DNA of 64,000 bases, from the NCBI GenBank assembly GCA_965197745.1, contig CBDANS010000007.1, positions 992,001 through 1,056,000 on the forward strand, read 5' to 3'. Below are positions 31,550-42,437 of the stretch, in pieces. Positions within the stretch are counted from its first letter, which is position 1. Each line of letters begins with the position of its first letter. The notes beneath the pieces are model-generated. The model saw nothing but the letters and a program-made list of their open reading frames with translations. It was not told the origin of the DNA and ran no database searches. Source of the stretch: Opitutales bacterium. Lineage in GTDB: Bacteria; Verrucomicrobiota; Verrucomicrobiia; Opitutales; PNEW01. Both the position numbers and the translations under genes were made by a program.

Positions 31550-32092
31550 ATGAAAAAAGGCTTAGAAGACTTTACTGAATTTATTATCAAGGAGGGGGCG
31601 GATAAAATTCCCCATACGAAAAGAACCTACCTTGAGCATGCGGTATGTGTTTACAAAGATTTGATAAGTTGGGGCTGTGATGATGATGTATGCAATGCCG
31701 GCTTTTTTCATTCGATCTATGGGACGCAGGGTTTTAATGATTATACCTTTCCTCTCGAGCGACGTAACGAGGTATCTGAGCTCATCGGCGAGCGCGCGGA
31801 ACGATTGGCTTTTCTCAATTGTTTCGTTGAGCGATCAACCTTTGATCCGATTCTTGTAAAAGGTGAAGGCCCTTACATCATAACGAACAGAGAAACGAAT
31901 GAGGAGATAGAAATCTCAGCTGAAGATTTCAGAGACCTTATAACCATCCATCTCTGTGATTATTGCGAACAGATGCCGAGAATGAAGCGTTGGGACTATC
32001 GTCGTGAAGGTTATCGGATGATGGCGGAACGTCTCGGCGGAGTGCCCAAAACGAATTTCGACCGTGTCATTGCCATGGACTCGCGGGCGTGA
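31550..32092 (+). CDS. HD-like domain protein (DUF6817-like)
   Basis: H...YLEH, AGFFHSIYGT and LIGERAERL pattern. Confidence 0.65.
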   Translation: MKKGLEDFTEFIIKEGADKIPHTKRTYLEHAVCVYKDLISWGCDDDVCNAGFFHSIYGTQGFNDYTFPLERRNEVSELIGERAERLAFLNCFVERSTFDPILVKGEGPYIITNRETNEEIEISAEDFRDLITIHLCDYCEQMPRMKRWDYRREGYRMMAERLGGVPKTNFDRVIAMDSRA

Positions 32093-32099
32093 TTGAATG

Positions 32100-32491
32100 A
32101 AATCTTCGTCTTCGCTTGCCACGGCGTAGTCTCGCGATCACGAGACGAAGACGGGTCTGCCTCTTCGTCCCTATTGTCATTGCGAGGAGTGAAGCGACGA
32201 AGTAATCCAGGGGGATGTCTGTTGCGTGATCATAGTCCCTTATTATAAGGTTTCACTCAGTAGTACGATTGCTGATCTACATTATACTAAAAGTCATTCA
32301 TATTTCTCAGTAGCTACGATCTGTCTTTACCCCTGTTGTCGCATTGTCTTTGTATAAATATTACTTATTTAATATTTAAATTTAAGATAGGAACCCTTTT
32401 TGGAAAGATCTGCGAGGAGACTGGTGCCCATATGCACAATGACTATTTGCCTGGATTGCCGCGGTCAGCTGATAGCCTCCCTCGCAATGAC
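32100..32491. repeat. Repeat island: family A (32115-32154) plus family E halves (32176-32210, 32451-32491)
   Basis: Direct sequence match to copies at 5497, 52489 and 54755-54856. Confidence 0.8.
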
Positions 32492-32521
32492 AATAAGGAG
32501 GAAGGGGTAACCCCCATATGC

Positions 32522-33271
32522 TCAATAAGTAGCTCTACCGCCGGAGAGGTCGAAGATCGCGGCGGTGTTGTAACTGGCTTCTTTTGAGACAATAAATGCG
32601 GCCATCGAAGCAACTTCCTCCAGTGTGCCACAACGTTTCATGGGTATGCGGGCCATCATGTATTTTGCCTGTTCCTGATCCATGTTTTCGATCATGGATG
32701 TCCAGATTAATGCCGGCGCCAGCCCGTTAATGGTTATCCCGGTATCGGTGTATTCTTTTCCCACCGCCTTGACCAGGCCAATGACACCCGCTTTTGAAGT
32801 CGAGTATGCACACATGCCGGCGTTACCTTCTTTACCCGCAATGGATGCGACGAGTAAGATTCGACCGTAGTTACGCTTTTTCATTTCAACGAGCGCGTAT
32901 TTAGTCATGAGGAAAGAGCCCCGTAAATTTACATCGAGGGTGGCATCGAATTCTGAAGTATCCACTTCGGTAATATTGATTCCATTAGGGCCGATAATGC
33001 CGGCACAGTTGACCATAATGTCCAGCTGACCATATTTAACGGCAACATTATTAATTCCCTCCACTACTGAATTCTCATCCGTCACATCGACAAGATATGA
33101 GTCGATCTCCAGGTTTTTCTCATTGAGTTCCCGCACTGCCAAATTCACTGCGGTTTCGTTTCGATCAAAGACAACGACGGCAGCGCCTTCTTCAGACAGG
33201 CGCTGAGCAATACTTTTTCCCAAACCTCCGGCTCCTCCTGTGACTATGGCTATCTGCTCGTCAAACCGCAT
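32522..33271 (-). CDS. Short-chain dehydrogenase/reductase
   Basis: TGGAGGLG, NCAG and YSTSK motifs. Confidence 0.93.
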   Translation of the reverse strand: MRFDEQIAIVTGGAGGLGKSIAQRLSEEGAAVVVFDRNETAVNLAVRELNEKNLEIDSYLVDVTDENSVVEGINNVAVKYGQLDIMVNCAGIIGPNGINITEVDTSEFDATLDVNLRGSFLMTKYALVEMKKRNYGRILLVASIAGKEGNAGMCAYSTSKAGVIGLVKAVGKEYTDTGITINGLAPALIWTSMIENMDQEQAKYMMARIPMKRCGTLEEVASMAAFIVSKEASYNTAAIFDLSGGRATY

Positions 33272-33317
33272 CTATTTAATGGGATATTTCTATCGAGAAA
33301 GTTTATCAGGGTATGGA

Positions 33318-36038
33318 TCAAGTCTCTTGCTCAATTTCTATACGCACTTCACTTAACTTGGGTGAACCACAGCCGTATAATGATATAAATTCTACCCGGT
33401 ATTGCATCCATTGAGAAGAAGAAGGAAATCCAGGAATTTCTGCTCCTGTCGTCTCATAGTATGACCCATTACCCTCGGGGCCTTGCCAATCAACCTGTTC
33501 AAGTTCCTGAGTGTCATTTCCAAAGCGCAGTTGAAATTTTAATGAGGTAGTTGGCACAATTTCGGCATTCCAATGAATGCGTATGGGTCTTTGCTTATTC
33601 AGCTCTACAGGTGGCCCGATGTAATATTCGTAAGGTTCTCGATTATAGGCATTGCCGTGGTCGCGAGTGGATGTTTCATGAGGTCCCATCCCGGGGAAGC
33701 GGGTTACACGATCGGTAGAAAATCCATCCGAGCCGTTCCAATAGATTATGGAATCGACTTGATGCCCGAGATTATTGCGGTGACAGGTAATGACGAGATC
33801 ATTATAACCGTTGCGGTTAATATCGATCATGAGCGCGGCGGTTGGCGACTCGGCGGGCAGATTCAAAGGATTCTCGAGGTCGATAGTCTTTCCGTTACCC
33901 CAGAATACTTGTGCCGGTAGTTCACGGGTTACCATTGATGAATAAGCAGGCACATATAAATCCAGGTTACCATCATTGTTCAGATCCGCTAAGGCCACAC
34001 AGTGCGCACTGTAGCCCGCCGCCATCTGCTGGGAATTTTCAAGGCTGTAACCATCCGGGCCACCATATAAAATGCAGAGCGTTTCAGGCCGGCGTATATA
34101 ATGTCCCATCATGGCGACAACAATGTCCAGGTAACCGTCCTTATTTATATCTCCCACGTTTAACATGACCCCGCGAGGAGCGGGCAGTTCAATGTCCCAG
34201 GTGCGGTCCGGGGAATAGCCATCGGGACCTCCGAGGTAGATCTTAAGCAATTCATGTTTATCGACGACGATGATATCGAGATAACCGTCATGGTTGACAT
34301 CCGCAAGTCGTGCTGTGCCGTAACAATAGGTGGGAAAGTTTTCTGATCGTTCAGTTGAAAACCCATCCTTTGAACCATAAAAGATCGTTGACGAAGCAGC
34401 CATAGTCTCTGGCCTGTCGTCGTAAGTTAAAGCCATGACGAGTAAGTCGAGATAGCCGTCTCGGTTGAGGTCGGCAACATGCACCTCAAGATTTCCAGTA
34501 AAAACGGTGTTTAAGTCATAATAATTATCAGCTCTCGGTCCATCCGGACCACCGGGAAATACGCGCAAGCCAAATCTGCTGGTGAAAACCAGTTCCGAGT
34601 AACCGTCAAGATCGAGGTCGGCCATGATATACGCATAACCACCACCTACCGGTAAATCTAATCGGCGGTCTACTGAATAATCTGCATTCTCATTGCCGAA
34701 ATAAACATAAGCGGGAAATTCGTCGTAAAATTGAGATGGCCCCCCCATCGTGCTATTGAAAATAACCTCAGGGCGTCCGTCTCCATCAAGGTCGCCCGCG
34801 GTGCACCCCATGGCTCCTGCTGTAGGTAACTTGCTGATTCGCTCGGGTGAAAACCCTTCCGGGCCATTCCAGAAGATCACCGATTCAGTCTCATAAGTCA
34901 CACGATTATCATATTTGCTGACTATCAGGTCAGGGTGGCCGTTGCCGTCCAGGTCTTCAGCATTGACCCAGGTGGCATAAGGCATGGGGAGTTTTGTCTG
35001 CACCGTATGCAAGTCATCGGTTTTTCGGATTTGCACCCCTTCTTCCGTTACAAGAATTAACTCAATTTTACCATCCCCGTCGACATCGGCGACCGTCATA
35101 TTCAAGGCTCCCTGACAGAACATCGTCGTGAACCCTTGCTCCTCAATCGTCGTATAATTTTCCGGGTCAAACACACCCCCCTTATTCCAGAAAATCCTTA
35201 CTTCATCCCCCCCGCAGAAAATAACTTCGTTAAAGCCGTCTTCATTCAGATCAGCGAGAAATACGCGCAGGGCAAAATGTGTGGGAAGAAGAAAGGGGTT
35301 TTCCGTGTCAAACCCCTGATCCGAACCCCAGTAAATATATGAATCAGTGTCATGAATATATTGATCGCGATAGTTGGCGACGACGAGATCAAGCTTCCCA
35401 TTACCGTTGAGATCGGCACACGCTACTGATACCGCAGCCATGCCGCTTAATCCGTAATGGGTGGTAGCGTTTTCAAACTCCCGAGGATTTGTTTGACGGA
35501 AAACCTGAATATCCCTCAGTTCACCGGCATTATGATGGTCGACCCAGGCTGATGGAAAGATCAGGTCGAGACGCCCTTCGCCCTGCAAGTCAACGGCGGC
35601 AACATCGTAGGCACCAACAGTCGAAAATTCCACGCGTTCTCCGGTCAGGCCCTGTGGGCCACCCCAGTAAACATAGGATGGCAACTCCGAGGTAACACCG
35701 TTTTCACCATTGGCAACAATCAAGTCGAGGTATCCGTCGCCATCAACATCGACTGCACGACTCATCCAGCCGCTATCATTGGGAAGAACCTGTTGCGGCC
35801 AGTCTTTCCCTTCTCCTTTACCGATTTTATAGATGGTGGTGGGACCACGCTCAATATAGCCATGAGAATTGGGCAGGACGATATCGACGAAACCGTTATT
35901 ATTAACATCCGTCCGGTGAATCCGTTCGATGATGCCATTTGCATTCACATAAAGGTTGCTGCCCCCGTCATCAAAACGGCCCTGGGAAAATAGATCGAAG
36001 CCCTTATGCACCCATACATTATTCTCAGGATCAGCCAT
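33318..36038 (-). CDS. FG-GAP/VCBS repeat beta-propeller protein
   Basis: More than ten D[LV]NxDGxxD[LI] repeats across 906 aa; no evident signal peptide. Confidence 0.85.
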   Translation of the reverse strand: MADPENNVWVHKGFDLFSQGRFDDGGSNLYVNANGIIERIHRTDVNNNGFVDIVLPNSHGYIERGPTTIYKIGKGEGKDWPQQVLPNDSGWMSRAVDVDGDGYLDLIVANGENGVTSELPSYVYWGGPQGLTGERVEFSTVGAYDVAAVDLQGEGRLDLIFPSAWVDHHNAGELRDIQVFRQTNPREFENATTHYGLSGMAAVSVACADLNGNGKLDLVVANYRDQYIHDTDSYIYWGSDQGFDTENPFLLPTHFALRVFLADLNEDGFNEVIFCGGDEVRIFWNKGGVFDPENYTTIEEQGFTTMFCQGALNMTVADVDGDGKIELILVTEEGVQIRKTDDLHTVQTKLPMPYATWVNAEDLDGNGHPDLIVSKYDNRVTYETESVIFWNGPEGFSPERISKLPTAGAMGCTAGDLDGDGRPEVIFNSTMGGPSQFYDEFPAYVYFGNENADYSVDRRLDLPVGGGYAYIMADLDLDGYSELVFTSRFGLRVFPGGPDGPRADNYYDLNTVFTGNLEVHVADLNRDGYLDLLVMALTYDDRPETMAASSTIFYGSKDGFSTERSENFPTYCYGTARLADVNHDGYLDIIVVDKHELLKIYLGGPDGYSPDRTWDIELPAPRGVMLNVGDINKDGYLDIVVAMMGHYIRRPETLCILYGGPDGYSLENSQQMAAGYSAHCVALADLNNDGNLDLYVPAYSSMVTRELPAQVFWGNGKTIDLENPLNLPAESPTAALMIDINRNGYNDLVITCHRNNLGHQVDSIIYWNGSDGFSTDRVTRFPGMGPHETSTRDHGNAYNREPYEYYIGPPVELNKQRPIRIHWNAEIVPTTSLKFQLRFGNDTQELEQVDWQGPEGNGSYYETTGAEIPGFPSSSQWMQYRVEFISLYGCGSPKLSEVRIEIEQET

Positions 36039-36147
36039 GGATCAGATCATGATTTGGATATTGAATAAGGCGAGAAGAAATGACGGGCGTCCCATCGGAT
36101 GGGAATTATTCATTGACTCGCTCTGCTTTATTTTAAATTAGAAGACA

Positions 36148-37692
36148 ATGGCTGGAAATAGTGATTACGATGCACTCATCATTGGTGGTGGTCACAATGG
36201 ATTAGTCTGTGCCGGGTATCTGGCGAAGGCAGGAATGAAGGTGCTTGTGGTCGAACGACGATCGATGATTGGCGGGGCGGCTATCACTGAAGAATTGTTT
36301 CCCGGGTACCGTGTGTCCTCCTGTTCCTATATCTGCCACTTGCTTCAGCCCAAAGTGATTGAGGACTTTGAACTTCATCGTCATGGATTTGAAGTCTATC
36401 ATCTCAATCCCAAACGATTTTGTCCTTATCCGGATGGTCGCAGCTTGCTCTTGTGGGATTCAGACGAAGAATCGCAAAAACACATTGCCAGATTTTCTCA
36501 ACATGATGCCGACGCTTACCCTCAGTGGCTATCTTTCTGGAGGCGAGCCGCGGGGTTAATCTATCCTTATTTTCTCAAACCGCCTCCCGGTCTTGATGAA
36601 CTGAGAGCCAATGTTCAGGGGACCGATGATGAGCCATTTCTCGAACGATTACTCACCGTCAGTATGAAAGAGCTTGTCTGTGAATATTTTGAAGATGAAT
36701 CCATTAGAGGGTCATTTATTTCGACACAGGATGTCGGCGATCCGGCGGCAACGGGCAGTGCGTGGTGTTATAATTTTTTCATGTGCAGCCTGTTCAGTCA
36801 TCCTGAACACATGGGGGTGGTAAAAGGGGGAATGGGAAGTATAACACAGGCATTGGCATCCTCGGTAGAGTCGGAGGGGGTAACCATAATTACAGATGCG
36901 GTGGTGGAACATATTTTAATTAAAGAAAATACGGCAATCGGTATTCACCTGAATGATGGGACGGAAATTAGAAGCGAGATTGTGGTATCCAATGCGGATC
37001 CAAAGAGAACGCTCCTGACTTTAATCGATCATAAGCAACTCCCGGATGATTATTTTCAAAATGCCAAACAATTGAAGACTAATGTGAGTTATTTGAAATT
37101 TCATGCTGCGCTTAACAGGCTGCCTGACTTTTCACGCTATTTTTACGGTGAATTTGACCCCCGCTATTTAGCGATGACTAAAATTTCTCCCTCTATTAAA
37201 TATTTAGAAGAGAGTTGGAATGATGCGTGTAGCGGCAGGCCGGCAAGGGCGCCGGTCATGGAAGTGCAAATACCCTCTGTTTATGATCCGACGATGGCCC
37301 CCGCTGGACATCATGTCCTGTCGATATGGATGCTTTACGCACCTGTTCGTCTGGCGGAAGGAAGCTGGGATGAGCGCCGCCAGGAAGTTGGAGAAGACAT
37401 CATTAAGATTTTAGCTCAATATGCTCCGGATATAAATGACTGTCTGATAGATTGGTCGCTTTTTACGCCATGGGATCTTGAGCAACGTGTTGGATTAACC
37501 GACGGAAATATCCGACATCTGGATATCGTTCCCGATCAATTTCTAGATAAGCGCCCACTCCAGGGATGGGCAGGGTATAAAACACCGCTCCGTAATCTTT
37601 ATCTTTGTGGAGGAGGCACTCATCCGGGAGGTGAAGTCACCGGCGCACCGGGACATAACGCCGCGCATGTGATTTTAAAAGCGCATGCTTGA
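36148..37692 (+). CDS. FAD-dependent oxidoreductase, phytoene desaturase/PYROXD2-like
   Basis: GGGHNGL, GGMG.IT and LYLCGGGTHPGGEVTGAPGHNAA motifs. Confidence 0.9.
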   Translation: MAGNSDYDALIIGGGHNGLVCAGYLAKAGMKVLVVERRSMIGGAAITEELFPGYRVSSCSYICHLLQPKVIEDFELHRHGFEVYHLNPKRFCPYPDGRSLLLWDSDEESQKHIARFSQHDADAYPQWLSFWRRAAGLIYPYFLKPPPGLDELRANVQGTDDEPFLERLLTVSMKELVCEYFEDESIRGSFISTQDVGDPAATGSAWCYNFFMCSLFSHPEHMGVVKGGMGSITQALASSVESEGVTIITDAVVEHILIKENTAIGIHLNDGTEIRSEIVVSNADPKRTLLTLIDHKQLPDDYFQNAKQLKTNVSYLKFHAALNRLPDFSRYFYGEFDPRYLAMTKISPSIKYLEESWNDACSGRPARAPVMEVQIPSVYDPTMAPAGHHVLSIWMLYAPVRLAEGSWDERRQEVGEDIIKILAQYAPDINDCLIDWSLFTPWDLEQRVGLTDGNIRHLDIVPDQFLDKRPLQGWAGYKTPLRNLYLCGGGTHPGGEVTGAPGHNAAHVILKAHA

Positions 37693-37694
37693 TT

Positions 37695-38070
37695 AGTCAA
37701 AATGTCAAAATGTCAAAAAGTCAAAAGGTCAAAAGGGTGCTATTCCTCTTTTGTCAGGACGTATGATTGCAAGTTGTACTTAGTCTCGCAATGACAATGG
37801 CGTTATCTGATCGCTACTGCAGGGAAGGACAAATAATAATTTAATTATTTCTCCCAAGCGGCCACGACGGAGCGTGGCCCTCCATTTCATTATGACAATT
37901 TACTGTGTAACGCGTTGATTGTATGACTTAGTCACGCAATCGATGTACGACTGTTGCCCCTTTGCTTATTATGCGCTATGCATGTAATATTGGGTGTTAA
38001 GTGTTAGCTTTTAGGTAGTTATTGATTTCTATCTGGAGGGCCACGCTCCGTCGTGGCCGCAGTGGCCGTT
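37695..38070. repeat. Repeat island: GTCAAAA(T/A) tandem run and a family C inverted pair
   Basis: GTCAAAATGTCAAAATGTCAAAAAGTCAAAAGGTCAAAAG; GGAGGGCCACGCTCCGTCGTGGCCGC at about 37858 (reverse) and 38035. Confidence 0.8.
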
Positions 38071-38225
38071 TGGATTAAGAAGTTATAATTATTTAAAGGA
38101 CAAAGATGAAGACTAAGATATCATGCACAATTCTTAATATAATCCGATCGGAAATAGATACTTCGTTTAATTTAAAAATTGCGTTTGATAAATTCCGGGT
38201 GTTCCCCATGCTTTTTGCGATTATT

Positions 38226-39689
38226 ATGAGTGAACAGAGCCAGGAAGACACCCACGACCTTTATGCTGTCCGTTTGAAGAAGCTGCAATCAATGCGGGAA
38301 GAAGGCTATGACCCTTTTCTCGAAAATTGTGAACAGACACACACATCAGCCCAAGCGCAGGTAGTATATACGGATGACGAAGACAACAGCCCGGTGGTAA
38401 AAGTAGCGGGCCGGATGACAGTATTTCGACTCATGGGAAAAGCTGCCTTTGTCAAAATTCTCGATCGTGATGGTCTCATTCAGCTCTATTTTAAGCGCGA
38501 TGAGGTAGGGGAGGACGCTTACCGAGAATTCAAGAAGCTTGATCTCGGTGACATTATCGGAGCGGAGGGTCCCTTATTTAAAACGAAGACGGGAGAAATT
38601 ACAGTCCGCGTGCAAAGCTATAAACTGGTTTGCAAAGCCTTACGCCCTTTGCCCGAAAAGTGGCATGGTTTGACCGACAATGAACAGGTTTACCGGCAGC
38701 GCTATCTCGATCTCATAGTCAACCCGGAATCACGCGAGCGTTTCGTCAAGCGCAGCAAGATCGTCTCCTGTATTCGACGCTATCTTGATGACCGGGGATT
38801 TCTCGAAGTGGAAACACCGGTTCTACAGGTCGAGGCAGGAGGAGCGGCGGCTCGCCCTTTTACTACTCACTTCAATGCTTTGGATTGTGACTTTTATCTT
38901 CGCATTGCCTTGGAGCTGCATCTCAAACGCTTGCTCGTAGGAGGATTTGACCGTGTTTATGAATTAGGGCGTTGTTTTCGCAATGAAGGGTTATCCCGGC
39001 GCCATAACCCCGAATTTACGATCCTGGAAGTTTACCAGGCTTACACCGATTACCGGGGAATGATGGGTCTTATCCATGATATGCTCCTCACTATCTGTGG
39101 GGAGGTGTTAAATGCGACACAATTTGAACGACCCGATGGTCAGATTATAGATTTAAACGGAAATTGGCGCGAGGCTTCCTATAAAGATTTGATCAGGGAA
39201 TATACCCATGATCCGGAATGGTTTAACCGCAGCAAAGAGGAAATGCTCGCAAAGTGTAAGGACCTCGAAATTGAAGTAAATCCCCAGCTCGAAAATTTTG
39301 AAATTACCAATAATGTTTTCGAGAAAGTTGTAGAACCCACGCTTATTCAACCGACATTTGTTACACATTTACCAAGAGAGCTTGTTCCCCTGGCCAAGCT
39401 TACTCGTGGTGATGAAAGCACGATCGATGTTTTTGAATTATGCCTTAACGGGCAGGAAATAGTTCCCGCCTACTCGGAACAAAATGATCCTTTAATGCAG
39501 CGCGATATGTTTGCCTCCCAAGCTGGGGAAGAAATTCAAAAGATCGACGAAGATTTTATCACCGCTTTAGAACACGGTATGCCACCCGCCGGAGGGATGG
39601 GGGTTGGCATCGATCGGCTGCTTATCCTTCTCTCTGGCGCGCCGAGCATTCGCGACACCATCCTTTTCCCTTCGATGAGGCCGATTTAA
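38226..39689 (+). CDS. lysS: Lysine--tRNA ligase (class II)
   Basis: YRQRYLDL, GGAAARPF, FRNEG...HNPEF and GMGVGIDRL motifs; ATG at 38226 preferred. Confidence 0.97.
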   Translation: MSEQSQEDTHDLYAVRLKKLQSMREEGYDPFLENCEQTHTSAQAQVVYTDDEDNSPVVKVAGRMTVFRLMGKAAFVKILDRDGLIQLYFKRDEVGEDAYREFKKLDLGDIIGAEGPLFKTKTGEITVRVQSYKLVCKALRPLPEKWHGLTDNEQVYRQRYLDLIVNPESRERFVKRSKIVSCIRRYLDDRGFLEVETPVLQVEAGGAAARPFTTHFNALDCDFYLRIALELHLKRLLVGGFDRVYELGRCFRNEGLSRRHNPEFTILEVYQAYTDYRGMMGLIHDMLLTICGEVLNATQFERPDGQIIDLNGNWREASYKDLIREYTHDPEWFNRSKEEMLAKCKDLEIEVNPQLENFEITNNVFEKVVEPTLIQPTFVTHLPRELVPLAKLTRGDESTIDVFELCLNGQEIVPAYSEQNDPLMQRDMFASQAGEEIQKIDEDFITALEHGMPPAGGMGVGIDRLLILLSGAPSIRDTILFPSMRPI

Positions 39690-39783
39690 ATATTCAGGCT
39701 GATTATATGCCGCGAGGGATCATTATTTAATTAGCCTTTTCTATAATAACTATGCGGCCAATCGAATAAAGCCGGTTACAACA

Positions 39784-41016
39784 ATGCCCTGGTACCTTTA
39801 TCTAGCCCTCAAACAGCTGTTCCCTTCGGGAAGGCGGGTGTCCTTCTTTTTTCTTATTGCCGTCTGTGGAGTCATGCTTGGGGTTATGCTCCTGGTAATT
39901 GTGCAAAGTGTGATGGGTGGGTTTGGACAAATATACCGGGAAAAAATTGTCGAGACTAACGGGCACATTCGCATCGAATCCGGGGAGGTCATGTATGATC
40001 ATGAAAACCTCCTGGATATTCTCTCAGGGAGGCCCGAAGTGGCGGCCGCTTTGCCCTACGCGCATGGAGTCGTGATGCTTCAACATGATAGCCGTCCAGC
40101 ATTTCCTGCGGTACGAGGAATCGATATGGAACGCGAAGGTGAAAGTGTCATACCCATTGAAGATTACCTTATCCTGGGCGGACTCAGTGATCTTGATGAT
40201 GACGCGGTATTTTTAAGCAGAAGCCTCGCATCCTCTATCGGTGCAACCCTGGATTCAACGGTTGAGGTCTATACACCTCTAATTATTGATAAGCTGAACC
40301 AGGAGGAGTTAATTCTCCCTCGAGAGCTGAAAGTAGCCGGAATATACGAAACGGGATGGCATGAGTTTGATAGCAATACGATGCTCACGACTTTACGTCT
40401 CATGCAGGAACTCTATAATTTGGAGGGGGGTGTCCATGGTGTGGCCGTTCGTCTAAAACCCGGTTACGACGAAGAAAAAGTTGCCGCGCTATTAAGAGAA
40501 AAAATTTCCCCTCCTAATCGACCCATGACATGGCTGGATATGTATGAAGATCTTCTCTGGATATTGAAGCTGGAAAAGAATATGCAATTTTTCCTTCTCC
40601 TCTTTATCGTAATCGTTGCGGCATTCGCGATTTCCAATGCTCAATTGCATACGGTGGTCAGAAAAACACGTGAAATTGGTCTTCTCGGCGCCCTTGGGGG
40701 GCAACCACGTCAACTCATTACCTGCTATTGTTTTCAAGGATTCTTCATCGGTGTGTTTGGCACCCTGTTGGGTGTCATCGTTGGACTTGTCGCCCTCCAT
40801 TTTCGCAATGATATTATTCATGGGTTTGCCAGGTTGACGAAAAGCGAGGATGTCCTCGTCAGGTTTTATCAATTTGCTGAAATTCCGGTTCATTACACAG
40901 GAAATGATTTTATCGCCATATGCGTAAGTGTTCTTTTCCTGACTACCCTGGCCGGAATGATTCCCGCCTGGTACGCGGCACGCATGAAACCCGCCGAAGC
41001 ATTGCGCAATGAATGA
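39784..41016 (+). CDS. Lipoprotein-releasing ABC transporter permease LolC/E
   Basis: SVMGGF, KTREIGLL.ALG and PA..A....PAEALR motifs; lies upstream of lolD. Confidence 0.88.
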   Translation: MPWYLYLALKQLFPSGRRVSFFFLIAVCGVMLGVMLLVIVQSVMGGFGQIYREKIVETNGHIRIESGEVMYDHENLLDILSGRPEVAAALPYAHGVVMLQHDSRPAFPAVRGIDMEREGESVIPIEDYLILGGLSDLDDDAVFLSRSLASSIGATLDSTVEVYTPLIIDKLNQEELILPRELKVAGIYETGWHEFDSNTMLTTLRLMQELYNLEGGVHGVAVRLKPGYDEEKVAALLREKISPPNRPMTWLDMYEDLLWILKLEKNMQFFLLLFIVIVAAFAISNAQLHTVVRKTREIGLLGALGGQPRQLITCYCFQGFFIGVFGTLLGVIVGLVALHFRNDIIHGFARLTKSEDVLVRFYQFAEIPVHYTGNDFIAICVSVLFLTTLAGMIPAWYAARMKPAEALRNE

Positions 41017-41701
41017 TACTCAGATGATTTTAAAAGTTGATACTCTGACGAAATCTTTTCGCAGTGGCAGTAGAACAATTGAAGTATTGCGGGGAATTGA
41101 TTTGAGTCTGCAAAAGGGTGAGAGTGTAAGCATCCGTGGAGAGTCCGGCAGTGGTAAAACGACATTACTCAATTTAATTGCCAACCTGGAATCTCCCGAT
41201 GAGGGAGCGGTATATTGGGGTGAGACTTCTATGTTTAAGCTGTCCGCTTCATCTCAAGCCAGGCAGCGAGCGGTCTACCTGGGTATGGTTTTTCAAGCTT
41301 ATTATCTTATTCCCGAGCTCAATGCTGTGGAAAATGTATTAATGGCAGCTCGTATTCTTGGCCCTCCGGGTCGAAAAGAAAAATCGCGCGCCCTCGAATT
41401 ACTTGAGCGTGTTGGTCTGAATGAGAGACTGTATAGTGATACCCTGAAACTATCGGGAGGGGAACGCCAGCGTGTGGCTGTAGCGCGTGCGCTGATGAAC
41501 AGGCCGTCACTTATTCTCGCCGACGAGCCCACGGGAAACCTGGACGAAAATACCGGTGAAGGAATTATTAATATACTCCTGGAAATATGCCGTGAAGAAA
41601 ATGCCAGTCTTGTTCTCGTCACGCATAACCCGGAATACGCAATGCGAACGCAACGACAGCTCCTACTCCATTTGGGTAAACTGCATCAAAATGGGGACTG
41701 A
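41009..41701 (+). CDS. lolD: Lipoprotein-releasing ABC transporter ATPase
   Basis: GESGSGKT, LSGGERQR and LADEPTGNLD motifs. Confidence 0.88.
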   Translation: MNDTQMILKVDTLTKSFRSGSRTIEVLRGIDLSLQKGESVSIRGESGSGKTTLLNLIANLESPDEGAVYWGETSMFKLSASSQARQRAVYLGMVFQAYYLIPELNAVENVLMAARILGPPGRKEKSRALELLERVGLNERLYSDTLKLSGGERQRVAVARALMNRPSLILADEPTGNLDENTGEGIINILLEICREENASLVLVTHNPEYAMRTQRQLLLHLGKLHQNGD

Positions 41702-41724
41702 TACGGAGTGTGATGCCATTAAAA

Positions 41725-42362
41725 GAATAGCTTCGTCTTCGCTTGCCTCTTGTTCTTCGTCTAGGATCAAGATAGCCACAAAAGGCACATAAAGCACAAG
41801 AGATACAAAAGACACACGATGGAAGAATGGAAGGGTGGATGATTGGATGGACGAAGTAATTATCATAAATCAACAAAGCTTCGTCTCTACATGCCACGGC
41901 GTAGTCTTGTAGTCGCGGGACGAAGAATTCACGCGTTGTCGTGAACGTCATAAAATATTTAAAACAAGGGATTAAAATGGAGGGATGCGCGTTGTCGCGT
42001 CCGCTTTGCAGCACGATTATGCAATAGGTCGATAATTAGAGGACTAATGCAGTAATCTTCGTCTTCGCTTGCCACGGCGTAGTCCCGCCACCGCGGGGCG
42101 AAGACGGGTCTGCCTCTTGGTCTTCGTCCTTTAATTTGCACTATATTTTGTCTCTCCCAGCGGCCACGACAACGCGTGGCCCTCCAATTTATTTTTCTGG
42201 AGGGACGCACTCCGTTGCGTCCGCTTAGGAGTATGATCATGGAAATTTAATAGAATAAAAGTAAGCCTCAAAACACTTTCTTTTTTTGTGAATTTTGTGC
42301 CTTTTGTGGCTACATTAATCAAGGACGCAGACGCAGACGCAGACGAAGACCAAGACGAAGAT
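41725..42362. repeat. Mosaic intergenic repeat island between lolD and the Gfo oxidoreductase
   Basis: GCCACAAAAGGCAC repeats in both orientations, family A (41890-41926 degenerate, 42068-42107), family C copies and a GACGCA/GACGAA run. Confidence 0.85.
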
Positions 42363-42437
42363 TTATATATAATCTGAATAACCTTTATGTAATTGACGGC
42401 TTGTCAGGAGGTAGCATGTCGGTCTTTAATATCGAAG

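Noticed and set aside
36148..37692. Carotenoid biosynthesis cluster
   Set aside because: The two CrtI-like genes are 32 kb apart, differ in their conserved motifs, and have no crtB, crtE or crtY neighbours.
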